From an uncultured Pseudomonadota bacterium (GTDB lineage: Bacteria > Oederibacteriota > Muellerivitia > Muellerivitales > Muellerivitaceae): a DNA stretch of 64,000 nt. Shown here piece after piece: positions 51,650 to 62,675 of this stretch. The stretch covers positions 32,001-96,000 of the forward strand of contig CAWJKT010000015.1 of assembly GCA_963843375.1 (NCBI GenBank). The letters run 5' to 3'. The notes under the pieces are model-generated. The model was not told the origin of the DNA and did not search any database. It saw nothing but the letters and a program-made list of their open reading frames with translations. A program made the translations under genes and the position numbers. Positions within the stretch are counted from its first letter, which is position 1. Every line of letters begins with the position of its first letter.

Positions 51650-53745
51650 GTGAACATCGGAGATTATAAAGATGCTTTTTTGACGGAAGCCCGCGAGTAC
51701 TTATCGACACTTAATAATTCCTTGGTTTTGTTGGAAAAAAATCAAACTCAAACCGACGCCATTAATGATATTTTCCGAGCGGCTCATACACTTAAGGGGA
51801 TGGCCGCGACGATGGGTTACGATCCAATGGTGCGGTTGACACACCAAATGGAAACACTTTTGGAACCGATTCGTTCCGGGACTCAAAATCCTTTCTACCC
51901 GAATGGTAGATGTCCTGTTTGTTTGTTTGGATCAGTTGGAAAAATGGTTGGAAATTTTAATGACGCAAGATTTTATTGAGGAAGAAAGCCTTCAAACGGT
52001 TCTTCAATTGCTCTATTCGGTTTGGGATGACCAATCTAATTCAGATGTTTCCGGGATCGATTCTTTTACCCCCGAAATCGAAATTCCACTACTTTTCTCG
52101 GAATCGGAAAATGAAATATTGTCCCAAGCTAAGATAAATGGCTTTTCTATCTTTAAAATTATCAATCCAATTAGTCCCGGATTGTAATTTCAAAGAAGTT
52201 CGAGCTTTCATGATCCTAAAAAACATAAATGTGTTTGGCGAAATTGTTCAAAAGCCGTCCTATTCCCGAAGAAATTGAAAAGGGACATTTTATGGACCGG
52301 TTTATATTAGTTGTTGTGACTGATTGGAAACCTGAAAAAATCAAAGAATCGCTTTTGAATGTTGGAGAGGTTATCGATGTTAGAGTCGAGGACTTTGTGC
52401 CCAGAATCTTCTTCGGCTCCATTTACTGGGAATGAGGAAGTTTTGGGGCTGAATTCGAAAACGATTTCTCTTTCTCCGCCGAGTCAGTCGGTGGCCCCGG
52501 AAGAGCGGAAGATTATTTTACCTACCATCCGTGTCCATACCTCGAAATTAGATAAATTAATGGCATTGGTTCAGGAATTGGTAATTTCGAAAATTCGCTT
52601 TGAACAAGTTGCTACCTCCAAAGCATTGAAAGAGTTGTCGGACCCGCTTTCACAACTAAATCACATTACCGACGAACTTCAGGACGAAATTATGAAGGTT
52701 CGTCTGATGCCCGTGAAACAAATTTTCGAAAGATTTCCGAGGATGATTCGGGACTTGGCCAAAAATTTGAATAAACAAGTTGATTTGGAAATGGATGGAG
52801 CGGAAGTTGAATTAGATAGGACAGTACTAGAGGAAATGAGCGAACCACTTGTTCATCTTTTAAGAAACGCGGTTGACCATGGGATAGAAGAACCCGAAAT
52901 AAGGACCAAAGAAGGGAAGGAACCCTATGGGACCATCCGGCTTCAGGCTAAACGCGAGAGATCTTATGTTGTTATTTCCATTTCGGATGACGGTCGGGGG
53001 GTTGATCCGGATATTATTCGACAAAAATCTATTGAAAAAGGACTTGTGACCCCTGACGATGCGGCAAAACTAACAGATGAAGAGGTGATTCGTTTGATTG
53101 CCTTACCTGGCTTTTCAACCGTTGAAAATGCTACTGAAATATCTGGCCGAGGTGTTGGGGTTGATGTGGCCAAAACAAAAGTTGAAATACTTAGGCGGAA
53201 CTTTTCGGATTCTAAGCAAAAAAGGACATGGAACCACATTTATTTTGAAATTTCCGCTTACTTTGGCAATTATTAAGGCACTTTTAGTCAAGTGTAACCA
53301 GGAAATATTTGCCATGCCTGTTGTCAATATCATTGAAACGCTCGATGTTTTTCCAGCGGAGAAAAAATTGATTCAACAACAAGAAACTATTATTTTGAGG
53401 GGAGATGTTATACCCCTTTATCCACTTCAGGAACTACTGGATTTGCCCATTCCCGATGTTAGTTACATAACTGGACTGGAGACTGTTCTGGTGGTTGAGG
53501 TGGGGGAATCAAGAGTGGGATTGCGGGTGGATGAGGTAATTGCCCAACAAGAGATAGCCATTAAATCCCTAGATCGAATTTTAAAAGGCATACGTGGTTT
53601 TTCGGGCGCAACTATTCTGGGGAATGGTAAGATAGCGCTCATATTGGATGTGAATAGTTTGATCGAAGATTTAAAGGACAAGCGTTTTCAGGTTGAACAT
53701 CCTCTTTTTAGTAAGGAAGACGTTAATGCTTCTCAATCTCGATGA
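51650..53745 (+). CDS. cheA: CheA histidine kinase (P1-P2-P3-P4-P5), split by several frameshifts
   Basis: IFRAAHTLKGM (P1), VRAFMI (P2), HLLRNAVDHGIE, DDGRG, PGFST..SGRGVG.DV, GATILGNG..ALILDV across ORFs 51650, 51903, 52229, 52359 and 53098. Confidence 0.92.
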
Positions 53746-54340
53746 ATTAAATCCAGCTCAACTGGATGCGATAAAAGAAGTTGGAAATATTGGAGCGGGG
53801 CACGGTGCGACAGCCCTTTCTCAGCTTTTAGGGAAAAGAATCTTAATCACTGTTCCTAAAGCAAACATCATTCCCTTATCAGAGATTCCGAGCTTAGTGG
53901 GGGATCCAAATACCCTGGTAGCGGGGCTTACTTTGTCTATTTTGGGGGATGCAACAGGAAAAATTATTCTTTTGTTTCCAAGGGATTCAGCGCTTCATCT
54001 TGCGGACATGCTTTTAAAACAACCGATCGGTTCCAGCAAAATTCTAACCGAAATGGGACATTCGGCCATTAAGGAAGCTGGAAATATTCTAACCGGAGCT
54101 TACTTAAGTGCTTTAAATGAATTTTTGGGAATGTTACTCCTTATTTCAGTTCCAACTTTAGTTTTTGACATGGCGGGTGCCCTTTTGGCTACTGTCACTC
54201 AAGGGTTGGAAGATGCGACAAAAGTTATTTCGATTGAAACACGATTCATTGATGACAACAAAGAAATAGGCGGTTATTTTATTTTGGTTCCAGATGCGGT
54301 TTCGTTACGTGCTATTTTTCAAGCAATCAAGGTTAAGTGA
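53726..54340 (+). CDS. cheC: Second CheC phosphatase
   Basis: DAIKEVGNIGAG and SAIKEAGNILTGAYL, both ExxN sites present. Confidence 0.92.
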   Translation: MLLNLDELNPAQLDAIKEVGNIGAGHGATALSQLLGKRILITVPKANIIPLSEIPSLVGDPNTLVAGLTLSILGDATGKIILLFPRDSALHLADMLLKQPIGSSKILTEMGHSAIKEAGNILTGAYLSALNEFLGMLLLISVPTLVFDMAGALLATVTQGLEDATKVISIETRFIDDNKEIGGYFILVPDAVSLRAIFQAIKVK

Positions 54341-54466
54341 GATTTATTGTTAGTTTTTTGCGGTTTTGAATAAGCCTTTATTTGCGCCTTTCTGATATTT
54401 AATAAGACCGTGTTAATATAATGCCATTAAATTCTATGTTTGCTATCAGCTTGAATAAGAGGTTTT

Positions 54467-55565
54467 GTGAGTTCCGACACCACCCTAATTGAAAAACTCA
54501 TTTCACGTTGTGTCAAACCCGCCAATTCATCAATCAAATCTAGTTGCATGCTGTAAAGATATTCTGGAAAACTTCAAATTTGACTGTGTTTTTTTGGCTC
54601 GCGCTTCCAATGCCGAAGAACCCCTTTCGATAGTGGCATTAGATGGTAAGGAAGAAGTAATGGATACCTGCCTTTATCGGTTGGGGGTGGAGGAGCGAAA
54701 TGCACTTTCCAAACTTCCGCTAAAAACCTATTTGGATATAACTGGAAAACCTGTTTTCAATAAATCCGGGTCTCTTCGCATTCAAAAACCCAACAGCGGC
54801 GTGTTTATGGTATTGAACCGGGCAAAAAAAAATTATTTGTTATTTGGATGTGCTCATCAGAATTCGCAAGCTTATGATCATAAAACGCTGGAGGAGCTTT
54901 CCGCACTTTGGAAGCTGTGGCAGGAACCGTTGGAAAGAGCCGTTCTGCAAGTGTCCGAAACGGGGAAAAAGGACGGGGGAATTGATAATTCAAAGAATGA
55001 AACTGTTGTTGAAGAAAAACCGGGTTTCACTTTAATTAATTCAGTTACAACGCCCCAATCCCCTGAACTTAATCGAGATGGACGTCGCCCGATAGTCCTG
55101 GTGGATGAAGTGACTCGTCTTTTTAATAAAGAATATTTTGCCGAATGTCTTTCAATTGAGGTTGAAAGGGCGAAAAGATATTCCCGCTTGATGAGCCTTA
55201 TGTTTCTAAGCGTTTCACCTGTTGATGGCGTTTCAAGCAAACTGGATAAAAATCTAGTGGCGACACAAGTCGCTGAAATTCTTTCCAAGAGTCTTCGCCG
55301 GGTAGATGTAATCTGTCGGTTAGATCAAAATAAATACGGAATAATTCTTCCGGACACGGCGAATAACACGTATGGAATTATTGCGAAAAGAATTTTTAAA
55401 TTCTTCAAGCTAATTATGGGAGACGCGTCTCCTGTGTTTCTTAATATCAGTGCTTCTACTTATCCAAAGCATGCCGCGGACCATCATAGTCTTCTTGAGA
55501 ATGCTGAAAAACTTTTGGCTCAAGCGCAAGAGGTTGGGCCGAACAAAGCTGTTCTACCGGAATGA
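54467..55565 (+). CDS. Degenerate GGDEF-domain protein with N-terminal GAF-like region (true start probably GTG 54467, one-base shift before 54489)
   Basis: DEVTRLFNKEYF, ERAKRY, SLRRVDVICRLDQNKYGIILPDT, GPNK. Confidence 0.75.
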
Positions 55566-55949
55566 AACGGAAAATAATTTAGTTCAAGGTCATCAATCCA
55601 AGTGAATAACCGTATAAACCTTCCTGACCTCCATCTCGAGGGTGTTATTGGATTGCGTTGATGGTAGTCGGAAAAAAATCGTTTTCCCAGTTTCGATTGA
55701 AGTTTTGGTGAGATACACAAAAGGCCTTTGACGGATCAACGATTGGCCTCGGAGTTTAGAGAGAAAAGACTTGGTTCAATAGGTCGCGGAACCTTGTCGT
55801 TTCAAAAATTTCGATTCGCGAATTTTTGTGATTTAAAAATTTTAAAATCTGATATTCGAAAAGAATATAAAAAAACGTCAAATGAAAGTGTTTAAAAGGG
55901 TTTAATTAATTTTTTTCTTCTCGTTTTGCGACCTGAAAAAGCCGAAAAC

Positions 55950-55978
55950 TTGACAAACCCAACGGTACTACCTATTCT
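55950..55978 (+). promoter_or_regulatory. Sigma70 promoter of topA
   Basis: TTGACA-N17-TATTCT. Confidence 0.65.
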
Positions 55979-56046
55979 TGCCCAATTATAAGAGGCACCT
56001 ATAAAATGGTTCTCGAATTGTAATCAACGCTTAATCGGAGATTTCA

Positions 56047-58386
56047 GTGGCAAAAACAAAAGCGAAAAAGGTACCGAACAAGAAATTAGTCATTGTTGAG
56101 TCACCTTCGAAAGCAAAAACAATCAATAAATACTTAGGTTCGGACTACGTCGTTTTGGCTTCGAAAGGGCATTTAATTGATCTTCCCAAGAGCAAGTTGG
56201 GAGTTGACATCGAGAACAACTTTGAGCCGAAGTATATCCCCATTCGGGGAAAAGCCTCCATTATTAAGGAACTCAAGAAGGCCGCCCAAAAGTCCACGGC
56301 TGTTTACCTCGCGGCCGACCCGGACAGGGAAGGTGAGGCTATTGGATGGCATATCCGAAATTTTCTTAGTTCCATGGAAACGGTACCCGTTATTTATCGG
56401 CTGCGTTTAAATGAGATCACTAAAGCTGCTATTGAGGAAGCGATTAATGCTCCCAGTGAAGTTGATATAAATATGGTTAACGCTCAGCAAGCTCGCCGTG
56501 TTTTGGATCGGTTGGTGGGGTATGGTATAAGCCCTCTTCTTTGGAAAAACATCCGAAGGGGTCTTTCGGCGGGACGTGTTCAATCCGTCGCTTTGCGCCT
56601 TATTTATGAAAGGGAGAAGGAGATCGAAGGCTTCAAACCTGTTGAGTATTGGACATTAGAAGCCGATTTCATCATGGAGGATGGTCGGGTAGTTCGCACC
56701 AAATTGGCTAAAATAGACGGTGAAAAAACCGAACTAAAAACGCAAGTGGACACCCAAGCGTTGATTGATCGTATAAAAAGCGCGGATTTCAAAGTTACGG
56801 CTGTTTTACACAGGGACAAATCAAAAAAACCCCCAATGCCTTTTACCACTTCTAAGCTTCAACAAGAGGCCTATAAACAATTAAGGTTTGGAGCCCGCAA
56901 AACCATGTCGGTGGCCCAAGGACTCTATGAGGGAATTGAGGTTGGTGAATCCGCTCCGGTTGGTTTGATTACCTATATGCGCACAGATTCCAAACGTGTT
57001 TCCCCCGATGCGAAGTTAGAAGCGGCTAAATTTATTGGTCAAACCTATGGCGAAAAATACTTGGGGCCTGGTGATCGTGATACTTCCAGCAAAGGCAAAA
57101 TTCAGGACGCTCATGAGGCTATTCGGCCGACTTCAGTTTTCCGAACACCGGATCAAATGAAAAATTTTCTTACGCCCGAGCAATTTAAACTTTACCAATT
57201 GATTTGGGAAGACTTCCTGGCGAGTCAAATGAGTAACGCCCTGTATCGAGAAACGAGCGTGGAAATCGGCGCCAATAATGTGGTTTTTCGAGCCACTGGA
57301 ACTGAAACTGTTTTTGAGGGTTATACCAAAGTTTATGAAGAAGCCGCCGATGAGGATAAAAAAGAAAGCCAGGGTGAGGGGGATGAAACGGGCCAAGTGA
57401 ATCCCAATAAACTTGCGGGTATCAGCGAAGGACAAAAAGCTATTTGGAAGGAGCCGTTTCCAGAACAACACTTTACCCAACCTCCCCCACGCTTCACCGA
57501 CGCCTCCATGGTTAAGACATTGGAAGAGATGGGAATTGGGAGGCCTTCCACTTATGCCCCGACCCTTGAAACCATTCAAACGAGACATTATGTAAAAAAG
57601 GAAAACGGGCGATTTTTTCTTGCCGAATTAGGAAACTTGGTTCTGGAAATATTGATGAAAAATTTTCCTGTAATTTTGGATTATGCTTTTACGGCCAAAA
57701 TGGAAGGGGAGTTGGACCAAGTTGAATCCGGCGAACGGGAATGGCGGACCGTCATCCAAGAATTCTATACGCCATTCAAAGACACCCTTGCTGAAGCGGA
57801 AAAACTTATTGGCGAGGAAAAAAGTAAAATCGAGCAAGTAACCGATATTCCTTGTGAAAAATGTGGCCAGATGATGATAGTAAAATGGGGACGTCATGGG
57901 AAATTCCTGGCTTGTTCCAAATATCCGGAGTGCCAGAATACAAAAAGCCTTAAAGAAACGACGGATGGTTCGATTCAAGTCGATGTGGATACAAAAACCG
58001 ATGAGAAGTGTCCAAAATGTGGAGCCGATATGGTCGTCAAAATGGGGCGTTTCGGAAAGTTCCTGGCTTGTTGCAAATATCCGGAGTGCAAGACAGCCAA
58101 GCCTATTTCGCTCGGCATTAAATGCCCGTTGGGGTGTGGTGGCGAAGTTGTTTCCCGCGGTTCTCGCCGGGGAGTTTTCTATGGTTGTAATAAATATCCC
58201 GATTGTAAATTCATATCTTGGTACAAACCAGTCAACCGCGCCTGTCCGCAATGTTCCAATCCTTACTTGGTGGATAAGTATCTTAAAACCTTGGGGCCCC
58301 ATATCGCCTGTCCGAATAAGGAATGCGACTATAAAGAATTTCCAAAATCGGAAGCCCAACCAGCGGAAGTAGCGCCAACGGCCTAA
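56047..58386 (+). CDS. topA: DNA topoisomerase I with C-terminal zinc ribbons
   Basis: IVESPSKAKTI, DPDREGEAI, SAGRVQS, ITYMRTD, GIGRPSTY, repeated C..CG..M...GRFGKFLAC. Confidence 0.97.
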   Translation: MAKTKAKKVPNKKLVIVESPSKAKTINKYLGSDYVVLASKGHLIDLPKSKLGVDIENNFEPKYIPIRGKASIIKELKKAAQKSTAVYLAADPDREGEAIGWHIRNFLSSMETVPVIYRLRLNEITKAAIEEAINAPSEVDINMVNAQQARRVLDRLVGYGISPLLWKNIRRGLSAGRVQSVALRLIYEREKEIEGFKPVEYWTLEADFIMEDGRVVRTKLAKIDGEKTELKTQVDTQALIDRIKSADFKVTAVLHRDKSKKPPMPFTTSKLQQEAYKQLRFGARKTMSVAQGLYEGIEVGESAPVGLITYMRTDSKRVSPDAKLEAAKFIGQTYGEKYLGPGDRDTSSKGKIQDAHEAIRPTSVFRTPDQMKNFLTPEQFKLYQLIWEDFLASQMSNALYRETSVEIGANNVVFRATGTETVFEGYTKVYEEAADEDKKESQGEGDETGQVNPNKLAGISEGQKAIWKEPFPEQHFTQPPPRFTDASMVKTLEEMGIGRPSTYAPTLETIQTRHYVKKENGRFFLAELGNLVLEILMKNFPVILDYAFTAKMEGELDQVESGEREWRTVIQEFYTPFKDTLAEAEKLIGEEKSKIEQVTDIPCEKCGQMMIVKWGRHGKFLACSKYPECQNTKSLKETTDGSIQVDVDTKTDEKCPKCGADMVVKMGRFGKFLACCKYPECKTAKPISLGIKCPLGCGGEVVSRGSRRGVFYGCNKYPDCKFISWYKPVNRACPQCSNPYLVDKYLKTLGPHIACPNKECDYKEFPKSEAQPAEVAPTA

Positions 58387-58396
58387 GGAAACTTTC

Positions 58397-59260
58397 GTGC
58401 AAGACTCCATTCAAAAAGCTCAAATCCTTGTAGAAGCATTTCCCTATATCCGTCAGTGGTATGGTTCCACCGTTGTTGTTAAATATGGCGGAAGTACAAG
58501 ATCGGGCGCAGAGGAACTCAAAACAACCTTACAAGACATTGTCTTAATGAAGTTTGTGGGAATGAGGCCTGTAGTTGTCCATGGTGGCGGAAAAGATATT
58601 ACCCGGTTAACCGAAAAAATGGGGATACATTCCAAATTTGTTGATGGCCTTAGAGTGACAGATTTACCGACCATGGAAATTGTTGAAATGGTGTTGGGGG
58701 GAAAGATTAATAAAGAATTAGTGAGTGTTATCCACCAATTGGGCGGTTCGGCGGTGGGGCTTTCAGGTAAAGACGGGGCAATGTTAGAGGCTTCGCGAAT
58801 TAAATCCAAATCTGGAAAAGATATAGGTTTCGTTGGGAAAGTCGCAAAGGTGAATACTGCAGTTTTGGAAACCCTCGATCGTGAACAATTCATTCCCGTG
58901 ATTGCCCCCTTGGGCCTAGGTAAGGACGGGCAAACTTATAATGTGAACGCCGATGAGGCAGCTGGCGCTATTGCGGGGGCATTGAAAGCCGAAAAATTGG
59001 TATTTCTAACGGATGTTCCGGGCATTTGCCGAAAAAAGGATGACCCAAAGACGCTCTTTTCAACTGTTAGGGTTAAGGAAGTTCCTAAGCTCCTCAAGAG
59101 TGGTGTCATCTCGGGTGGAATGATTCCCAAAATCGAAGCTTGTCTTCATGCGCTGAAAACGGGTGTACATAAGACCCACATCATTGACGGCACCCTACCC
59201 CATGCACTGCTTTTAGAAATTTTCACACCTAAAGGGGTTGGAACGGAAATTGTTCCTTAA
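58397..59260 (+). CDS. argB: Acetylglutamate kinase
   Basis: VKYGG, VHGGG, GLRVTD, NVNAD, GGMIPK. Confidence 0.95.
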   Translation: MQDSIQKAQILVEAFPYIRQWYGSTVVVKYGGSTRSGAEELKTTLQDIVLMKFVGMRPVVVHGGGKDITRLTEKMGIHSKFVDGLRVTDLPTMEIVEMVLGGKINKELVSVIHQLGGSAVGLSGKDGAMLEASRIKSKSGKDIGFVGKVAKVNTAVLETLDREQFIPVIAPLGLGKDGQTYNVNADEAAGAIAGALKAEKLVFLTDVPGICRKKDDPKTLFSTVRVKEVPKLLKSGVISGGMIPKIEACLHALKTGVHKTHIIDGTLPHALLLEIFTPKGVGTEIVP

Positions 59261-59339
59261 ATTCTATAAATAAAGCCAAAATATACAAAGCCATGGCTAT
59301 CAAGTTCTTGATAGTTCGTTTATTGATGTAACCTACCTG

Positions 59340-59380
59340 TGGTATAATCCGGCCGATATTTTTACCACAACCTGTTGAGG
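59340..59380 (+). promoter_or_regulatory. Extended -10 (TGgTATAAT) and candidate NrdR box overlapping the nrdR RBS
   Basis: TATAAT at 59343-59348; CCACAACCTGTTGAGG at 59365-59380. Confidence 0.45.
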
Positions 59381-59388
59381 AGTTGTTC

Positions 59389-59847
59389 ATGAAGTGCCCC
59401 TTTTGTGGACATCAAGAAGATAAAGTCATGGATTCAAGGCCCAGCAAAGGCGGTTCGGCGATTCGCCGTCGTCGGGAATGCTTGAAATGCGAGAAACGTT
59501 TCACGACCTATGAACAAATAGAAGAAATACTTCCTATGGTTGTTAAACGCGATGGACGCCGAGAACCTTTTGATCGTTTGAAGATTGTGGCCGGCATTCG
59601 CAAAGCAGTTGAAAAAAGACCGGTTTCCTCTGAGAAAATTGAAGCTCTGGTGGATGACATTGAAAATACATTGATGGAACGAGCCGCCAAGGAAATCAAT
59701 TCCACTGAGGTGGGAGAAATGGTTATACGTCGGCTGCAGGACTTGGATGATGTGGCTTATGTGCGGTTCGCAAGTGTTTATCTCCAGTTTAAGGACATCA
59801 ATGCTTTCATGGATGTTGTTAAAAAGGTTCTAGCCCGAAAAAGCTAA
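59389..59847 (+). CDS. nrdR: Transcriptional repressor NrdR
   Basis: [25 protein letters not shown] cone, [10 protein letters not shown]. Confidence 0.97.
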   Translation: MKCPFCGHQEDKVMDSRPSKGGSAIRRRRECLKCEKRFTTYEQIEEILPMVVKRDGRREPFDRLKIVAGIRKAVEKRPVSSEKIEALVDDIENTLMERAAKEINSTEVGEMVIRRLQDLDDVAYVRFASVYLQFKDINAFMDVVKKVLARKS

Positions 59848-59880
59848 CTCAGAAATCAAAACAAATTAAATTAGGGGAAA

Positions 59881-61194
59881 ATGATGGCGAACATTATTCC
59901 ATTTCGCGGACTTCGTTACCGAATGACTGATTCCAAAAAAATGATGAAGGTAATGGCGCCTCCTTATGACGTTATTTCTCCCCAACAAAAGCGGGAACTT
60001 AAAACGGCCGATCCGCATAACGTCATCCGCCTGATTATCGGAAATCCCAGCCACGAAAAACATAAGGCTTCTGATTACCAATCGGCGAAAAAAACATTTG
60101 CAGATTGGCAAAAGAAGGGAATCCTAATACGTGATAGTGAAAAATCAATCTATGTTTATCAACAAACTTTCAGCAATTATGGAAAAACCTACCACCGAAC
60201 CGGATTTGTGGCTTTATCCCAATTAACACCTTTCGGAAATAAGAAGGGTGGAATCCTTGCGCACGAACACACTTTGAGCGGACCCAAAGCCGACCGCCTC
60301 AAATTAACCAAGGCTTGCAGAGCCAATTTCAGTTGTATCTTTTCCCTTTATCCGGATAAGGGAGGGGTTGGCAAGGTTTTGAAAAAGATCACCGCGACGA
60401 AAGCCGATATTACGGTCGAATTTCCTACAAGTATTCAGAATCGGGTTTGGAAGATTTCCGACGTCAATGTGATTAAAGAAATTCAGAAAAAAATCAAGAA
60501 TGCCACGCTCTTTATCGCGGATGGACATCATCGATATGAAACTGCATTGACCTATCAAGCCTTTCGGGCCAAGGGTTTGCGGGGTAAACCAGGTTCCCGA
60601 CCTTTTGACTTCGTCCAAATGATGTTTGTCGCGATGGAAGACCCGGGACTGGTCATTCTACCAACCCATAGGATGCTTCCGAAAAGACTGATTTCCTCAT
60701 CGTCGCTTTTACTGAGTCGCTTATCGTCACTGGGAGAAATTCACGAATTCAAAAAACCTTTGAAGGGGTTGACGCCATGGCAGTGGATGGAAAAACTGGG
60801 AAAAAAACAACCTACAATCGGGATTTCTTTTGATGGGAAAAAACTTTATGCCCTTAGGTTTTCGAAATTGGTTGTCCATTCTCCTTTGTTAAAAGATGTT
60901 TCTGACGCCCAGAAGAAATTAGACGTGACTCTTTTGCACAGGTTAATTCTTGAACCATTCTTTGGGATCACCAAGGAAAAAGTGGAGCATGAAATTTCTT
61001 TTACCAGTAAAGCGGAAGAAGCCGTGGAGAGAATGCGTAAAAACGAATTCGCTGCCACCTTCTTTTTAAACCCCACGCGTATCGAGCAGTTAAGGGAAGT
61101 GGCTTTGAAGCAAGAACGCATGCCGCAAAAATCCACTTACTTTTACCCCAAGCTTGTCACGGGCCTCGTGATAAACAGTTTGGATTCTTTTTGA
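59881..61194 (+). CDS. DUF1015 family protein
   Basis: PFRGLRY, PPYDVIS, HEHT, IADGHHRYETA, MPQKSTYFYPK. Confidence 0.9.
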   Translation: MMANIIPFRGLRYRMTDSKKMMKVMAPPYDVISPQQKRELKTADPHNVIRLIIGNPSHEKHKASDYQSAKKTFADWQKKGILIRDSEKSIYVYQQTFSNYGKTYHRTGFVALSQLTPFGNKKGGILAHEHTLSGPKADRLKLTKACRANFSCIFSLYPDKGGVGKVLKKITATKADITVEFPTSIQNRVWKISDVNVIKEIQKKIKNATLFIADGHHRYETALTYQAFRAKGLRGKPGSRPFDFVQMMFVAMEDPGLVILPTHRMLPKRLISSSSLLLSRLSSLGEIHEFKKPLKGLTPWQWMEKLGKKQPTIGISFDGKKLYALRFSKLVVHSPLLKDVSDAQKKLDVTLLHRLILEPFFGITKEKVEHEISFTSKAEEAVERMRKNEFAATFFLNPTRIEQLREVALKQERMPQKSTYFYPKLVTGLVINSLDSF

Positions 61195-61290
61195 TCCGTA
61201 AGGCTATAGTTTTACATGAGGGCTTGCCTGAAATTGCCAAGCGAAGGTAGAATCAGCCTTCGTTTTGATCTCCGTTTACCTGAAATCTGA

Positions 61291-62592
<1,302 letters not shown>

Positions 62593-62675
62593 TTGTCGGG
62601 GTTGTAAATGTGAATTGAGATTTTTTATTTATAGGAAGGTGGGTTTTCCCACTCTCTTGTTTTATTAAGCGAGGT

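Noticed and set aside
55566..56046. AT-rich gap as a replication origin or dprA remnant
   Set aside because: No DnaA boxes (TTATCCACA) and no DprA-like translation seen.
57628..58410. 260 aa reverse-strand ORF, and other long antisense ORFs over valS, nadC and tgt
   Set aside because: Fully overlap well-supported genes and show no recognisable motifs.
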